The position numbers were made by a program, and so were the translations under genes. The notes beneath the pieces are model-generated. The model had not been told where the DNA came from and did no database searches. It saw only the letters and a list, made by a program, of their open reading frames with translations. Shown in pieces: positions 18,270 through 28,601 of a stretch of DNA of 64,000 nt. The DNA lies in the IMG/VR virus record IMGVR_UViG_3300044974_001280, positions 1-64,000 of that record; one strand, 5' to 3'. Every line of letters starts with the position of its first letter. Positions within the stretch are counted from its first letter, which is position 1.

Positions 18270-21200
18270 ATGGCAAAGAAAATAAAATTAGATCTCTCTC
18301 AATTCAAAGCTTCTGGTGTTTATACGCTGGAGTTTGATGCCTCCGAAAACGTCATTCTCACCTCCCAAACAATCAGGCTGGTGGTAGGATTTTCTAATAA
18401 AGGACCATTTAATGCTCCTGTTTACATTCCAGACATCACCACTGCTATAGCCATTTTTGGTGATATTGATAAGACTTTAGAAAGTCAAGGTTCTTATTTT
18501 CAAAGATCTATTTTTACTTGTCTGCAAACAGGTCCAGTTTTTGCCTTGAATCTATTAAAGCTAAACAATGATGAAGATAGTCCTACGGCAGATAAGGTAA
18601 ACTATTTTGGCTTTTCTGTTGCAACAGATGAACCTAATGGGGTTTTAACCTCTAGGCTCTATTCATCTTTCTACAATAAAGAAAGATTTTGGTACGCCGA
18701 TGTAGATTATTTCTTGGCAACAATGTCAATTCCTGATCAAGGTAGAATTTTTAATTTAGTGAATCTGGGTCAAGAGCCCATGAGCGTTATCGTCAGAAAA
18801 TCTACTGATGCTAACCCACCTTTACAAGGCTATGATGTTTTTGCCATCGATTGGTACGGAGCTGACAATGTTCCTAGCTACGTTCATCCTTATGACTACA
18901 TTTCAGATTGGTTCATAGATATTATTGCGGTGTCTGGTAACTGGACTGATTATGCATCTTTGTCACAAGACCCCGAATGGGCAGAATATTTTACTAGAAA
19001 TGGATTTGTTAAAAGTAAAATCAACCAATTCTTAAGCCAACAAAACGTTAATATCATTTCACAAACTACGGGCTGTTTGATCGTTGACTTTGTAGATCTG
19101 AATGGTAATAACCAATTCATCCAGACCCTAGTCAATAATAACACTCCTTCAACGGGTCTATTTTGTGCGGTTGACGCAGAAGCTTTGGATTATTTGTGTC
19201 AAAATAGGTTTAAAGTCGATTTAGTCGGTAATTTTTTAATTGATGAACTAACTGGTGACAGAGATCTTGAAGATCCAACTCTGAACTTTTTGAGCTACGA
19301 CCAGCAGCTCGTTCAAGATTACGTTTATACCCAAAATTACATAGGAATTACTGGTGCTGGTGGGGTAACAGGGGGAACAGCCGCTATTGCCTATTCGGGA
19401 TTGAACGTTGGTACTTTGCACAGAATAGATGGCGTAACAGGATCTTATGGTATTCCTGCCTCAGCTCTAGTTCCTTACAGTTCCACAGCTACTTTCGGGG
19501 GTCTACATTACGTTAGAACCAATTCGGGCGTGACGGGGGGTGCAGTTGTGAATGTTTATATTACCAACGGAGGTACCGGTTACACTAGTGCACCAACAGT
19601 CACTTTCTCTGGACCTGGAACTGGTGCTGCTGCCACTGCGGTCATAACTGGAGATGCGGTTTCTAGCATTACTTTAACAGCTAGCGGATCTGGATACACG
19701 TCCGCTCCTTCGGTCACTTTTTCGGGAGGCGGAGGCACGGGAGCGGCCGCTTCTGCAGATATCTTAACAGAACCTTCTTTGACCTCTGCTCAAAAAACTT
19801 TACTGAAAGATTTCTTGACCCCTTCTGCTACCAGTTCGCCTTTCATAGTAGGAACGGTCACTATTCCTGCGGGAGCATCGGGTAATGTCGTAAATCAGTT
19901 CTCTTCAGGGAATTTGGTTAAATTAAAAGTATCAGGTGTAGCTGAAACCTCTGGTGATTTAACTATCACCTTTACCCATCCATTGGACACCGGATTTTAT
20001 TCGGCTCAAGGAATTTCAGTTCAACCTACTTTCTTAACTGCCGGTATTACTGGAAGTTTTGTTAATGCCTTCTATCAGCAATTTGGAGCATCAGATTATT
20101 TAAATATAGATGCAATTGCTTCCGTCACAGGGGCAGCTCAAAGTAATACCCTCGTCGGACAAATTTCAACTAGTTTGTATCAAAATATTCAATACGATGA
20201 AATCCAAGACGGAGATACGGTTTGGTTGAACTCGGAGGGATCTTCTATTTACTACCTCGACACACAGTTAACTGTAGATAGAGATCAATACAACGTGGCT
20301 TACGTCAGGGCATTCGATAATATTGCCAGACAAAACCCTGACGATTTGGTGAATTATCCTCCCTTCGGTTCTGTTTATGCATCAGACAACATTGGAATTG
20401 GTGTTACTGCAGGTAAGACCGATATAGTTTCATCTGTTGCTTCCATAAATCAGTTTTTGGATGTAGTTCCTGGAGCTACAGGGTCCAGATCTAATCCCAA
20501 CACTTTTCTTTTTGCCCCAGATCAGGCGAACGATAAAATTATTTCAGTTGGAGATTTGCTGGTTTCTACTGATTTGGAACTCTGTGAAACTGTGGGGGCC
20601 AACCGACAGTCCAGACTAACCAAGGTCACTTCAGTGGCTCAGACGACAACTTCAGGGATAGTAAGAGTCACATGTTCCAGACCAATCTATTTCTATGCTG
20701 GAGACCCCGTCCAAGTACAAAAATTCAAATCGATCCCTCAATTTACTAGATCCTTCGATTTCATTTATTTACAGGGTTACACTATGAGAGATGCTCAGAG
20801 ACCTAACGGTTCTGATCTAAGGGTCAACGAAATTTTAGATGTCTTATACAACACGAACTTGGCTGCGACTCTTGCCACTAAAGACGTCATTTCATTCCGT
20901 TACATTGTCGATACCTTCAGCGGAACTATTCAGCCTAATTCTAAATTCCAGCTTTCAAAATTGGCAATGATGAGACAAAAAGCTTTGGCCTTCATCAATG
21001 CTCCTTCTATGGCTCAATTCAGAGCCAGTACGGATCCCAGATTTACTAATGCACCAACAGCAACAGATCCATTCCCTCCTTTGGAAGCCAGATATATCGC
21101 AGAGGGTGGAAATCTATCTTTAAATCCCTCCTACACCTTTAGCTTACCAACCCAAGATTTAGGAGCATCGTATGCTGCTTTCTACACTCCTTACATCACG

Positions 21201-21815
21201 GTCAGAGAGAACAACAGAAATCTAAACGTTCCTCCAGCTGCTTACGTTTCGAACAACTTTGTCCGGAAGTTTGCCAACGGAGAACCTTACAACATTATAG
21301 CTGGTCAGAAAAGAGGTACGATCTCAGGAGGTACTATCGTAGGAGTAGAATACGACTTCACCAACGACGATAGGGGCTGGCTAGAACCTTTCGGTCTCAA
21401 TCCAATCATCAAGAAGAGAGGATTCGGGGTCGTTATTTTCGGAAACCAAACCGCTTATCAGGTTGTAAATTCTGCATTTAATCTTGTGCACGTTCGGGAT
21501 TTACTGATCAGTCTTGAAAACGACGTCGAAGAAATTCTCTCTAATTATCTCTTTGACTTCAACGAGGACTCAATTCGTTTAGAGATCAAGACTATCGTTG
21601 ATACCTATTTGGATGGAGTGAGAGCAGGGGGTGGTATTTATGCCTACCAAGTTATTATGGATGCTTCCAATAATCCTCCTTCTATTATCGATCAGAACAT
21701 CGGTATCATCGATGTGATAATCGAGCCAGCAAGGGGTATTCAAAAATTCATTAACAGAATCACAGTCACCCGAACCGGAGGCATAGCTGCAGGAGGTTTC
21801 ATCAACTTTGTGTAA
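18270..21815 (+). CDS. gp18: Contractile tail sheath protein (gp18-like) with large insertion domains
   Basis: ASGVYTLEFD and GFSNKGPFNAP at the N-terminus; VPPAAYV, GNQT, VHVRDLL and FDFN at the C-terminus. ATG 18270 is preferred over 18153 because it follows the promoter. Confidence 0.92.
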   Translation: MAKKIKLDLSQFKASGVYTLEFDASENVILTSQTIRLVVGFSNKGPFNAPVYIPDITTAIAIFGDIDKTLESQGSYFQRSIFTCLQTGPVFALNLLKLNNDEDSPTADKVNYFGFSVATDEPNGVLTSRLYSSFYNKERFWYADVDYFLATMSIPDQGRIFNLVNLGQEPMSVIVRKSTDANPPLQGYDVFAIDWYGADNVPSYVHPYDYISDWFIDIIAVSGNWTDYASLSQDPEWAEYFTRNGFVKSKINQFLSQQNVNIISQTTGCLIVDFVDLNGNNQFIQTLVNNNTPSTGLFCAVDAEALDYLCQNRFKVDLVGNFLIDELTGDRDLEDPTLNFLSYDQQLVQDYVYTQNYIGITGAGGVTGGTAAIAYSGLNVGTLHRIDGVTGSYGIPASALVPYSSTATFGGLHYVRTNSGVTGGAVVNVYITNGGTGYTSAPTVTFSGPGTGAAATAVITGDAVSSITLTASGSGYTSAPSVTFSGGGGTGAAASADILTEPSLTSAQKTLLKDFLTPSATSSPFIVGTVTIPAGASGNVVNQFSSGNLVKLKVSGVAETSGDLTITFTHPLDTGFYSAQGISVQPTFLTAGITGSFVNAFYQQFGASDYLNIDAIASVTGAAQSNTLVGQISTSLYQNIQYDEIQDGDTVWLNSEGSSIYYLDTQLTVDRDQYNVAYVRAFDNIARQNPDDLVNYPPFGSVYASDNIGIGVTAGKTDIVSSVASINQFLDVVPGATGSRSNPNTFLFAPDQANDKIISVGDLLVSTDLELCETVGANRQSRLTKVTSVAQTTTSGIVRVTCSRPIYFYAGDPVQVQKFKSIPQFTRSFDFIYLQGYTMRDAQRPNGSDLRVNEILDVLYNTNLAATLATKDVISFRYIVDTFSGTIQPNSKFQLSKLAMMRQKALAFINAPSMAQFRASTDPRFTNAPTATDPFPPLEARYIAEGGNLSLNPSYTFSLPTQDLGASYAAFYTPYITVRENNRNLNVPPAAYVSNNFVRKFANGEPYNIIAGQKRGTISGGTIVGVEYDFTNDDRGWLEPFGLNPIIKKRGFGVVIFGNQTAYQVVNSAFNLVHVRDLLISLENDVEEILSNYLFDFNEDSIRLEIKTIVDTYLDGVRAGGGIYAYQVIMDASNNPPSIIDQNIGIIDVIIEPARGIQKFINRITVTRTGGIAAGGFINFV

Positions 21816-21819
21816 AAAA

Positions 21820-21827
21820 GATATATA
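21820..21827 (+). promoter_or_regulatory. Putative late promoter GATATATA
   Basis: Recurrent motif. Confidence 0.7.
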
Positions 21828-21835
21828 AATGAATC

Positions 21836-22390
21836 ATGGCAGGTTTACCTCATTTTCAGAATTCTCTGTACTCTATTAACAAATACGAGCCAGTTTATCT
21901 CAACCAATTCGAAGTGGTTGTAATTCCTCCAGCAGCTGTGGCAGGGGGTCAGCTTCTTCTTGAACAAGTTATGAGCGTAACCGGAATGGACGTGGATAAA
22001 AACCCGTCCTTTGTTTTCCAGAAGTACAAGTTTGCCAAAAGAAACTATGCCGGTGGTAAGCCAGATAGTACCGTCTTCGATTTAGGCTTAAGATTCAATG
22101 TCAATTTGAACGATGACAATTCAATGTACACTTTCAAGACTTTAAGACAGTGGACCGATTTGATCTATAATCCTTTGACGGGAGCCATGGGCATTAAATT
22201 AGATTACACAGGCACTATCATCATTTCGATTTTTAATAAAAATGGTGATGTTTTCAGAAGGATTACCTGCCGAGATTGTTTTCCGCTCAAGGCAATCGAC
22301 CCCATGGAACTTGATTACACTAATGGCACAACCTTGTATGAAATCAACATGAATTGGGCAGTTGATTATTGGGAAGATCTTTTCCTCTAA
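21836..22390 (+). CDS. Tail tube protein (gp19-like), paralog 1
   Basis: Follows the sheath; EPVYLNQFEV, LRQW.DLIYNP.TG and DYW motifs. Confidence 0.8.
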   Translation: MAGLPHFQNSLYSINKYEPVYLNQFEVVVIPPAAVAGGQLLLEQVMSVTGMDVDKNPSFVFQKYKFAKRNYAGGKPDSTVFDLGLRFNVNLNDDNSMYTFKTLRQWTDLIYNPLTGAMGIKLDYTGTIIISIFNKNGDVFRRITCRDCFPLKAIDPMELDYTNGTTLYEINMNWAVDYWEDLFL

Positions 22391-22405
22391 AAAATAAAAT
22401 TCACT

Positions 22406-22987
22406 ATGTCCGGTTTACCACATTTCAATAATTCACTAGCAGCCAGGAACAATTTCGAGCCAGTTTTCTTAAACCAGTTCGAAGTTATCATTACCCCACC
22501 TGCTGCCGTGACTTTAGCAAATGTCAGATTTAACGGGGAGTCTATCATGACACAGCAGGTAAAAAGTATTGGTGGGAGTTTAGCAGTAGACATCCAGCCA
22601 GCCGCGCCGGTGACTCAATACTACAAATTCGCCGAAAGAAGATATGCCGGCGGTGAACCGTCAACTTCGGACGTAGAGTTTACCGTTAATTTCGAGGTGA
22701 ATTTAGATGAGAACAACTCGATGACTATTTACAAAATCCTGCGCCAATGGTCCGATTTGATCTACAATCCTTTGACAGGTGCGATGGGCCTAAAAAGAGA
22801 TTACGTTGGTCAAATGATTGTTTCTATTTTTAACAAACAAGGGGATGTATTCCGACGTCTAACTTTTAATAACTGTTTTTTGGTCAATCCTCTAACTACT
22901 ATGGCCCTTAGCTACGAGACTGGTGACGGCCTTTACGAGCTTGAAACAACCTGGAAGTCTGACTATTGGCAAGATCAGTTTTTATAA
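22406..22987 (+). CDS. Tail tube protein (gp19-like), paralog 2
   Basis: Clearly paralogous to the preceding gene. Confidence 0.8.
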   Translation: MSGLPHFNNSLAARNNFEPVFLNQFEVIITPPAAVTLANVRFNGESIMTQQVKSIGGSLAVDIQPAAPVTQYYKFAERRYAGGEPSTSDVEFTVNFEVNLDENNSMTIYKILRQWSDLIYNPLTGAMGLKRDYVGQMIVSIFNKQGDVFRRLTFNNCFLVNPLTTMALSYETGDGLYELETTWKSDYWQDQFL

Positions 22988-23014
22988 GAAACTTTTCTCT
23001 TTTTCTTTCTATGA
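22988..23014 (+). promoter_or_regulatory. Possible ECF-type promoter
   Basis: GAAAC-N16-CTATGA (weaker -10). Confidence 0.4.
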
Positions 23015-23073
23015 ATTAATATATTGGATCGTTGTGTTTTATAATCGGCTGATTCACAAAAATAATTGCATTC

Positions 23074-24156
23074 ATGGATTTATCAAACTTGTCTCCCGAA
23101 AACATACTTAAACAAAAGGAATTGGCCCACGGGATTGTTTATGATGATCCCATCCCAGAACCACAAAATTCTCCTCAATTAACGGCAGAGGATAAAATTG
23201 ATAGAGAGATCGAATCCATTAAAGTTAAAAAGGAAGAGATTCTGATGGAATCTTCCCTGGTCAAGCAAATCAAAAAAGCTCCCGATAGCAATCCTGCAAT
23301 TCCAGAGAACGGACCACCTCTTCAAACGGGCTGGAAAAACCTACCGGTTTCTATTCTACCTTCTGAAGGTTTTTTCTATCCACCTAATACCCAAATTGCA
23401 ATCAGATCAGCAGAGGTGAAGGAAATACGGCATTTTTCTTCTATTGATGAAAGTGATGTCTTAGATATCAACAGCAAGTTAAATATGATTCTATCGTCTT
23501 GCTCTGTTGTTAAATTTGGAAGTCATGGTGTGGTCTCCTACAAAGAATTGAAACAGGAAGACAGGTTCTTCATAGTTATGGCTATTAGAGATTTGACCTT
23601 CATTAAAGGGGAAAACAGAATCATTTTAAAACCTCAAACTGATTGCGGAGGACAGAAAGATTGTCCATTTTCCCAAGGTGTTGAACTCAGAACCGGTGTT
23701 TTATCCAGATACAAGATTCCTGATAAGCTGATGCAGTATTATTCCCCGGCTGATAGAAAATTCATTTTCCAAATTCCTAAAGTAGGTAAAAAGCTAAGCA
23801 TCACAATTCCCTCTATTGGTGTCATGGAAATATTTTCCAATTACACAAGTCAAAAAATTCAATCTGGGCAGGAGGTAGACGAAAGTTTTATTAAGATAGC
23901 CCCATATATCTACGAAAACTGGAAAGATTTAGACGTCAAGAAAATAGAGCAACTAGAAAAAGAATCTAGCAATTGGTCTAAGGAAGAGTTTTCGGTTTAT
24001 TTTGAAGTAGTTGATCAACTAAAAATTGGAACTAAACTGGAAGTCAGTTTGCCATGTTCAAAATGCGGTGCAGAGGAGGTCACCGCCAGAATCTCCTTTC
24101 CCCGAGGGTTCAGATCTCTTTTCGTTATTTCAGATATCTTTGGAGAACTTCTTTGA
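23074..24156 (+). CDS. Baseplate hub / tail assembly chaperone (gp26-like)
   Basis: LPSEGFFYP, DRFFIVMAIR and C-terminal CxxC; located after the tubes. Confidence 0.65.
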   Translation: MDLSNLSPENILKQKELAHGIVYDDPIPEPQNSPQLTAEDKIDREIESIKVKKEEILMESSLVKQIKKAPDSNPAIPENGPPLQTGWKNLPVSILPSEGFFYPPNTQIAIRSAEVKEIRHFSSIDESDVLDINSKLNMILSSCSVVKFGSHGVVSYKELKQEDRFFIVMAIRDLTFIKGENRIILKPQTDCGGQKDCPFSQGVELRTGVLSRYKIPDKLMQYYSPADRKFIFQIPKVGKKLSITIPSIGVMEIFSNYTSQKIQSGQEVDESFIKIAPYIYENWKDLDVKKIEQLEKESSNWSKEEFSVYFEVVDQLKIGTKLEVSLPCSKCGAEEVTARISFPRGFRSLFVISDIFGELL

Positions 24157-24328
24157 TATTAAATTCAGGCTTTGGAGAGAACACCGTTTGGATCCAGTCT
24201 GGATTGAATCTTTGCCTTATTACGAATATCAAATTTGGTTAGAAAAGTTGAACAAATCCATCGAAAAGGAAAACGCAGATAGAATGAGTGAGTCTGGTCA
24301 AGTCCAAGTTTTCAACTTTACCAAATAA
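24140..24328 (+). CDS. gp51-like small assembly protein (TTG start or frameshift product)
   Basis: LENFFDIKFRLWREH...IESLPYYEYQIWLEKL resembles gp51-like proteins; no ATG nearby. Confidence 0.55.
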   Translation: MENFFDIKFRLWREHRLDPVWIESLPYYEYQIWLEKLNKSIEKENADRMSESGQVQVFNFTK

Positions 24329-24376
24329 TTCCTATCCTTTTCTTTTAGAATATATAGTCTAAAAGAGACCTAAATT

Positions 24377-26053
24377 ATGGCAGACGATTCTCAAAAGATC
24401 TTGAAAGAATTATCCAGTTTGTCTTCTAACTTGGATGTTTTGAGTCGAGAGCTGAGACAGAACAACAAACTCTTGTCAGACCAAAAACAGGTTCAAACAA
24501 AAATTCTAGAGGACAAAGCAGACGAAAAAACGGAAGAAAAAGGAGATTCCAAACAACCCTTCGATCAAAAATTTTTCGAAAATTTTGCAAAATCTTTAGC
24601 CGATAATTTTCAGAAAGATCAGGGTAATTTGACCAGCTCTATTACTCAAACCCTAGGCAAAGAACTGTCTGGAATCCTGCAGAAAAAAGAGAACAAGCCT
24701 GCCCAGATCAAGCCTTTACCTGCCGGTGATAAAGAAAATAATCCCATCAATTTTTTATTGAATAGTCTTAAGTCACTCCCTAAAATGCAGGATGGAGGTA
24801 AAGTCACTTCTTCAGGAACTGCCATTGTGGGAGAAAAAGGACCAGAAGTTGTAAACCTGGTCCAAGGTAGTAAAGTCAGTCCTACTTCTAATTCTGGAAG
24901 CTTTGTAAATCAAGGAAACAAAAAATCAGGAGAAGAACTTGGGAAGCTCCTATCAAGTCCAGTCGATGGAAGTATGACCAAAAAAATAGACTACGCCTCA
25001 GAAAATAAAATTCAACCTACTGGGAAAAAAGAAATCACAAAGAACGGATCTACCGTAGCTCAGACATCCCTTTCTTCAATAGAAAGCTCAATCCAAAAAA
25101 ATGGTCCTCCGCCGATCAGAGATGTAGAAAAATTCGAAAATTTCAAAAACGTCTGGGGGATAAAAGTTCCAATGGATGTATTAAATAGTTACAGATACAG
25201 ATTATACCACGAAGATCCAGATTTTTATTCACAATATGATGATGGTAGTGATCTGGATTCAGATACTTTGAGACATTTCAAATACAGTACAGACTATCCT
25301 GAATATCTCCCTAATTCAACGGAACCCGGTCAAATTGATGAGACTTTAAAAAAGGGGATTGAGGATGATCCTGAATTAATGACCCCACAAGATGTGGCTA
25401 AACTAGCAACCCCGGTTAAAACTCCTCCTCCCGCCTCTAATGTTGATATGCAGTCCCCTTCTTCTAGTTCCTCTAAAAAGAAAGAAAAAAAAGGTGCAAA
25501 GGAAACAGTAGAGGGTGAGTTAGAAAGAAAGAGAAGAGATGGAAAAAAATTATCGGAAACTAAATTCGGCAAGACCGTTACTAATTCTGCAAAGTTGATA
25601 GGGGAAGTCGGAAAAGAAGTAGGGAAGAATTTTATCAATAATAAAATAGAATCCTTTACTGGGGTTTCTCCTACTTTTTTGAAAGAGAGGGTCAAAGAAT
25701 TTCAGGAGAGGCAGAAGGGAACTTCGGAGATCTCAAATGAGCAACAGCAGTTAAAAGTCATGGAAAAACCCAGAGTAGAAAATAAGGAGACCCAGCCTAA
25801 TCCTGTCCCTCAACAAGTCGAAAAAAGACAGGAAACAACTTCAGCCCAAACTGAAACAAAAACACCAACTACTTCTATACAATCACCCCAGACACAATCT
25901 CAACCTAAAATTAACGGCGGCCAAGAACCTATGGACTTGACTAAGGATATGAAAGAGTTAAAAGGTTTATTAGCAGGGATCTATAAATCCCTGCAGTCGC
26001 ATTTAGATATTTCATCCAATTCCCCCTATAGACCAAATTCCAATATCATTTAA
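24377..26053 (+). CDS. Tape-measure/hub-like low-complexity protein
   Basis: GG.VT...AIVGEKGPEVV motif typical of tape-measure proteins; follows the chaperones; AATATATA at 24349. Confidence 0.5.
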   Translation: MADDSQKILKELSSLSSNLDVLSRELRQNNKLLSDQKQVQTKILEDKADEKTEEKGDSKQPFDQKFFENFAKSLADNFQKDQGNLTSSITQTLGKELSGILQKKENKPAQIKPLPAGDKENNPINFLLNSLKSLPKMQDGGKVTSSGTAIVGEKGPEVVNLVQGSKVSPTSNSGSFVNQGNKKSGEELGKLLSSPVDGSMTKKIDYASENKIQPTGKKEITKNGSTVAQTSLSSIESSIQKNGPPPIRDVEKFENFKNVWGIKVPMDVLNSYRYRLYHEDPDFYSQYDDGSDLDSDTLRHFKYSTDYPEYLPNSTEPGQIDETLKKGIEDDPELMTPQDVAKLATPVKTPPPASNVDMQSPSSSSSKKKEKKGAKETVEGELERKRRDGKKLSETKFGKTVTNSAKLIGEVGKEVGKNFINNKIESFTGVSPTFLKERVKEFQERQKGTSEISNEQQQLKVMEKPRVENKETQPNPVPQQVEKRQETTSAQTETKTPTTSIQSPQTQSQPKINGGQEPMDLTKDMKELKGLLAGIYKSLQSHLDISSNSPYRPNSNII

Positions 26054-26092
26054 TTTTTTTTTTTTGAGAGGTTACATACACATCTTGTGATG

Positions 26093-26100
26093 TATATTTG
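26093..26100 (+). promoter_or_regulatory. Bacteroidota-type -7 element TAnnTTTG (putative early promoter)
   Basis: TATATTTG upstream of the dCMP deaminase-ECF sigma operon. Confidence 0.6.
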
Positions 26101-26123
26101 CATCTCTTCCCCAATCAATCCTT

Positions 26124-26732
26124 ATGTCAAAATTTCTCAAAATCGTCGGATTCGATGAAGTCTTTTCCGTCCTCCAAAGTCTACCCACTCAGGTTCCCGA
26201 GCACCCCCTGTTTTCTCATTCCTGGGTAGCTAAATTTAATCCTTTTGAATTGATTTTCTTCAATGATATTAACAGCGAAATCGACGAAACTTTTTATCAC
26301 CCTAAAAATATTAAGAACGATCGGGTATATTTAACTATGGCGGAAGTGTGGTCTAAAAATTCTCATTGTCAAAGAATGAAAGTCGGAGCACTTATAGTTA
26401 AAAATAGATCTATTATCTCAGATGGTTATAATGGATCCCCCTCAGGATTTCCCAATCCCTGTGAAGGCCCAGATAATGTCACTTTGCCATACGTTTTACA
26501 TGCCGAAGCAAACGCCATTACTAAACTAGCAAAAAGCACCCAAAGCTGTGAAGACTCAACTCTTTTTGTAACAGTTTCCCCCTGTTACGATTGCTCCAAA
26601 TTGATAATTCAATCCGGAGTAAAAAGATTGGTTTTTAGAGAACTATATCGCAAAACAGAATCCTTGAGTTTTCTCTATCAAGGAGGACTAGAAATTATTC
26701 GTCTTAAAAATCCAACTCTCCCCAATGATTAA
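26124..26732 (+). CDS. cd: dCMP deaminase
   Basis: VGALIV, GYNG, HAEANAI and SPCYDC motifs. Confidence 0.92.
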   Translation: MSKFLKIVGFDEVFSVLQSLPTQVPEHPLFSHSWVAKFNPFELIFFNDINSEIDETFYHPKNIKNDRVYLTMAEVWSKNSHCQRMKVGALIVKNRSIISDGYNGSPSGFPNPCEGPDNVTLPYVLHAEANAITKLAKSTQSCEDSTLFVTVSPCYDCSKLIIQSGVKRLVFRELYRKTESLSFLYQGGLEIIRLKNPTLPND

Positions 26733-27336
26733 AGAAAAAAACATTCAGGTTCTGGCCGAAAATTTTATCTCTCAACGCGACAACAAGACCTTTAAAATTC
26801 TCTACGACAGGATCAGACCTGGTGTTTTGAACCACTGTTACACTATTCTAAAAGACCTCGAGCTGGCAGAGGATGCATTTATGAATTCCATGGCCAAAGT
26901 CTGGGAAAAAATTGAACAGTATGATTTATCAAGAGGTAACTTTTCTACCTGGTGCTACAATATAGCTAGAAACGAATCTCTACTTCTACTTAAAAGCAGA
27001 AAAAAATACATTTCCAAATCTTCGGAAGATTTAGAAATAGATTCCACCCAAAACGAGGAGTCAGGGGGTTTTCATGATGTAGAAACAGATCCTTTATGGC
27101 ATTTCTTCTTCCAAAGTCCAAATATTGATGAACTTTATGATCAGATTGTTGATGAAATTAGAGAGCTCCCAATTCTTTACAAGGACATCATGATAGATAG
27201 AGAGATCAATGGCATGAAATACAAAGATATAGCAGACAAATACGACATTAAAAAAAGATCTATTGCCACAAGAATAAGAAGGGCTCGAACCAAAATCAAG
27301 AACAAGATCGAAAAGTTCAACAAAATGAAGAAATAG
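26725..27336 (+). CDS. ECF-type sigma-70 family RNA polymerase sigma factor
   Basis: Region 2 AEDAF...FSTWCYNIARN; region 4 YKDIA...IATRIRRARTKI. Confidence 0.9.
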   Translation: MIKEKNIQVLAENFISQRDNKTFKILYDRIRPGVLNHCYTILKDLELAEDAFMNSMAKVWEKIEQYDLSRGNFSTWCYNIARNESLLLLKSRKKYISKSSEDLEIDSTQNEESGGFHDVETDPLWHFFFQSPNIDELYDQIVDEIRELPILYKDIMIDREINGMKYKDIADKYDIKKRSIATRIRRARTKIKNKIEKFNKMKK

Positions 27337-27340
27337 TCCT

Positions 27341-27820
27341 ATGAAACATCTGTCAAAAATTTTTGTAATTTTTAGAATCTTTGGAGTGCTAAAGGATCTG
27401 AAGCTTTATTCAGATTTTCTCACCATAGTAAAGAACGAATCTCTCAACTCTCCCCAGTGGAGCAGACTGAAGCTCAGGAGGGATTGGATCGGAAGAATCT
27501 ATACCGTTGTAAATCTTCCTCCTGAAGTAACAATGTCCAGAGATTTTCCTAGAGAAGCCCGACCAGCTTTTGTATTCGAAGAAATCCGGCCCATCAACGA
27601 ATATCTAACGAAGCTGAATCTCCATGAAATCATTACTCCCCTGTTAAAACCAATTCCTGAAACAAATGATGATTCTTTTCTTATCATCTATTCTTTTGTG
27701 TTCAGAGAATTGAGTTGGTTTTGGCTCATTAGATTCTTCATCGAAATTTTTCTATTTATCTGGCTTTATAACCACCTAGATCAAGTAACCCAAATTTTAA
27801 ACCTTAATGCAATTGGATAA
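27341..27820 (+). CDS. Hypothetical membrane-associated protein
   Basis: Hydrophobic C-terminal helix. Confidence 0.6.
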   Translation: MKHLSKIFVIFRIFGVLKDLKLYSDFLTIVKNESLNSPQWSRLKLRRDWIGRIYTVVNLPPEVTMSRDFPREARPAFVFEEIRPINEYLTKLNLHEIITPLLKPIPETNDDSFLIIYSFVFRELSWFWLIRFFIEIFLFIWLYNHLDQVTQILNLNAIG

Positions 27821-28601
27821 ACTGAAGGAAGAGTACCAGCAAAAATTAGATTTTTTTAAAGACCCTAATTTCCTATTTGAAGAAAAAGCTCACGTTTATT
27901 CTTACGAAGGTTCTAAATTTGATTCCGTTACAACCTTTTTAAGGAGATTTAAAACCCCATTCGAAAGAAATTATTGGATTCAAAGAAAAGCACAGGAAAG
28001 AGGAGTAGATCCGTCAGTCATAGATGCGGAATGGACCCAACTGGCCACTCACGCCGCTGCTCTTGGTACCAAAGTACATAAATGGATTGAGGATTTTTGG
28101 TCTGGATTGGAACCAGAGTTACCAGAAAACCCAGAAGAATTACAGAGGGTCAATTCTTTCTTAGATCTATACGAGGCCAGATTATCAAAACTAGTTCCCC
28201 TGGAATCTGAATTGAAAATTTTTTCCAAAAAATGGAGATTAGCTGGAACGATAGATCAACCTTTTTTAATGTGGGACGAAAAGTCGGGTAAGCCTCTTTT
28301 TTTGCTTGGAGACTGGAAAACGAACAAGGATTTCAAAGACGATAATCATCCCAAGGGTAGGTACAAGAAATTGCTCCACCCTTTTGTGGATCTTTTTGAA
28401 AATTCTTTGAATGAATATTCTATCCAGATCAGTCTCTATCGTTTGATTTTAGAAGAAGAACTAGGTATAGAAACTCACAGTGGTTTTTTGGTACATCTAG
28501 GACCAGAAGGGTCAAAAATTTATCAAGTTAAGGATCTTAGGGAGAGACTTAAAGTTTACCTGCAACACAACAGAGAAAACATGGATATTTTCGATGTTTG
28601 A
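27807..28601 (+). CDS. PD-(D/E)XK exonuclease
   Basis: SVTT, GTKVH, E...AGTID...DWKT and QISLY motifs. Confidence 0.85.
   Translation: MQLDKLKEEYQQKLDFFKDPNFLFEEKAHVYSYEGSKFDSVTTFLRRFKTPFERNYWIQRKAQERGVDPSVIDAEWTQLATHAAALGTKVHKWIEDFWSGLEPELPENPEELQRVNSFLDLYEARLSKLVPLESELKIFSKKWRLAGTIDQPFLMWDEKSGKPLFLLGDWKTNKDFKDDNHPKGRYKKLLHPFVDLFENSLNEYSIQISLYRLILEEELGIETHSGFLVHLGPEGSKIYQVKDLRERLKVYLQHNRENMDIFDV

Noticed and set aside
16409-21815. Introns or inteins in terminase or sheath
   Set aside because: TerL is normal length; the sheath insertion shows no intein or homing-endonuclease motifs.
27807-28601. Cas4 / CRISPR-associated nuclease
   Set aside because: No Fe-S cysteine cluster and no array; it is a generic PD-(D/E)XK exonuclease.
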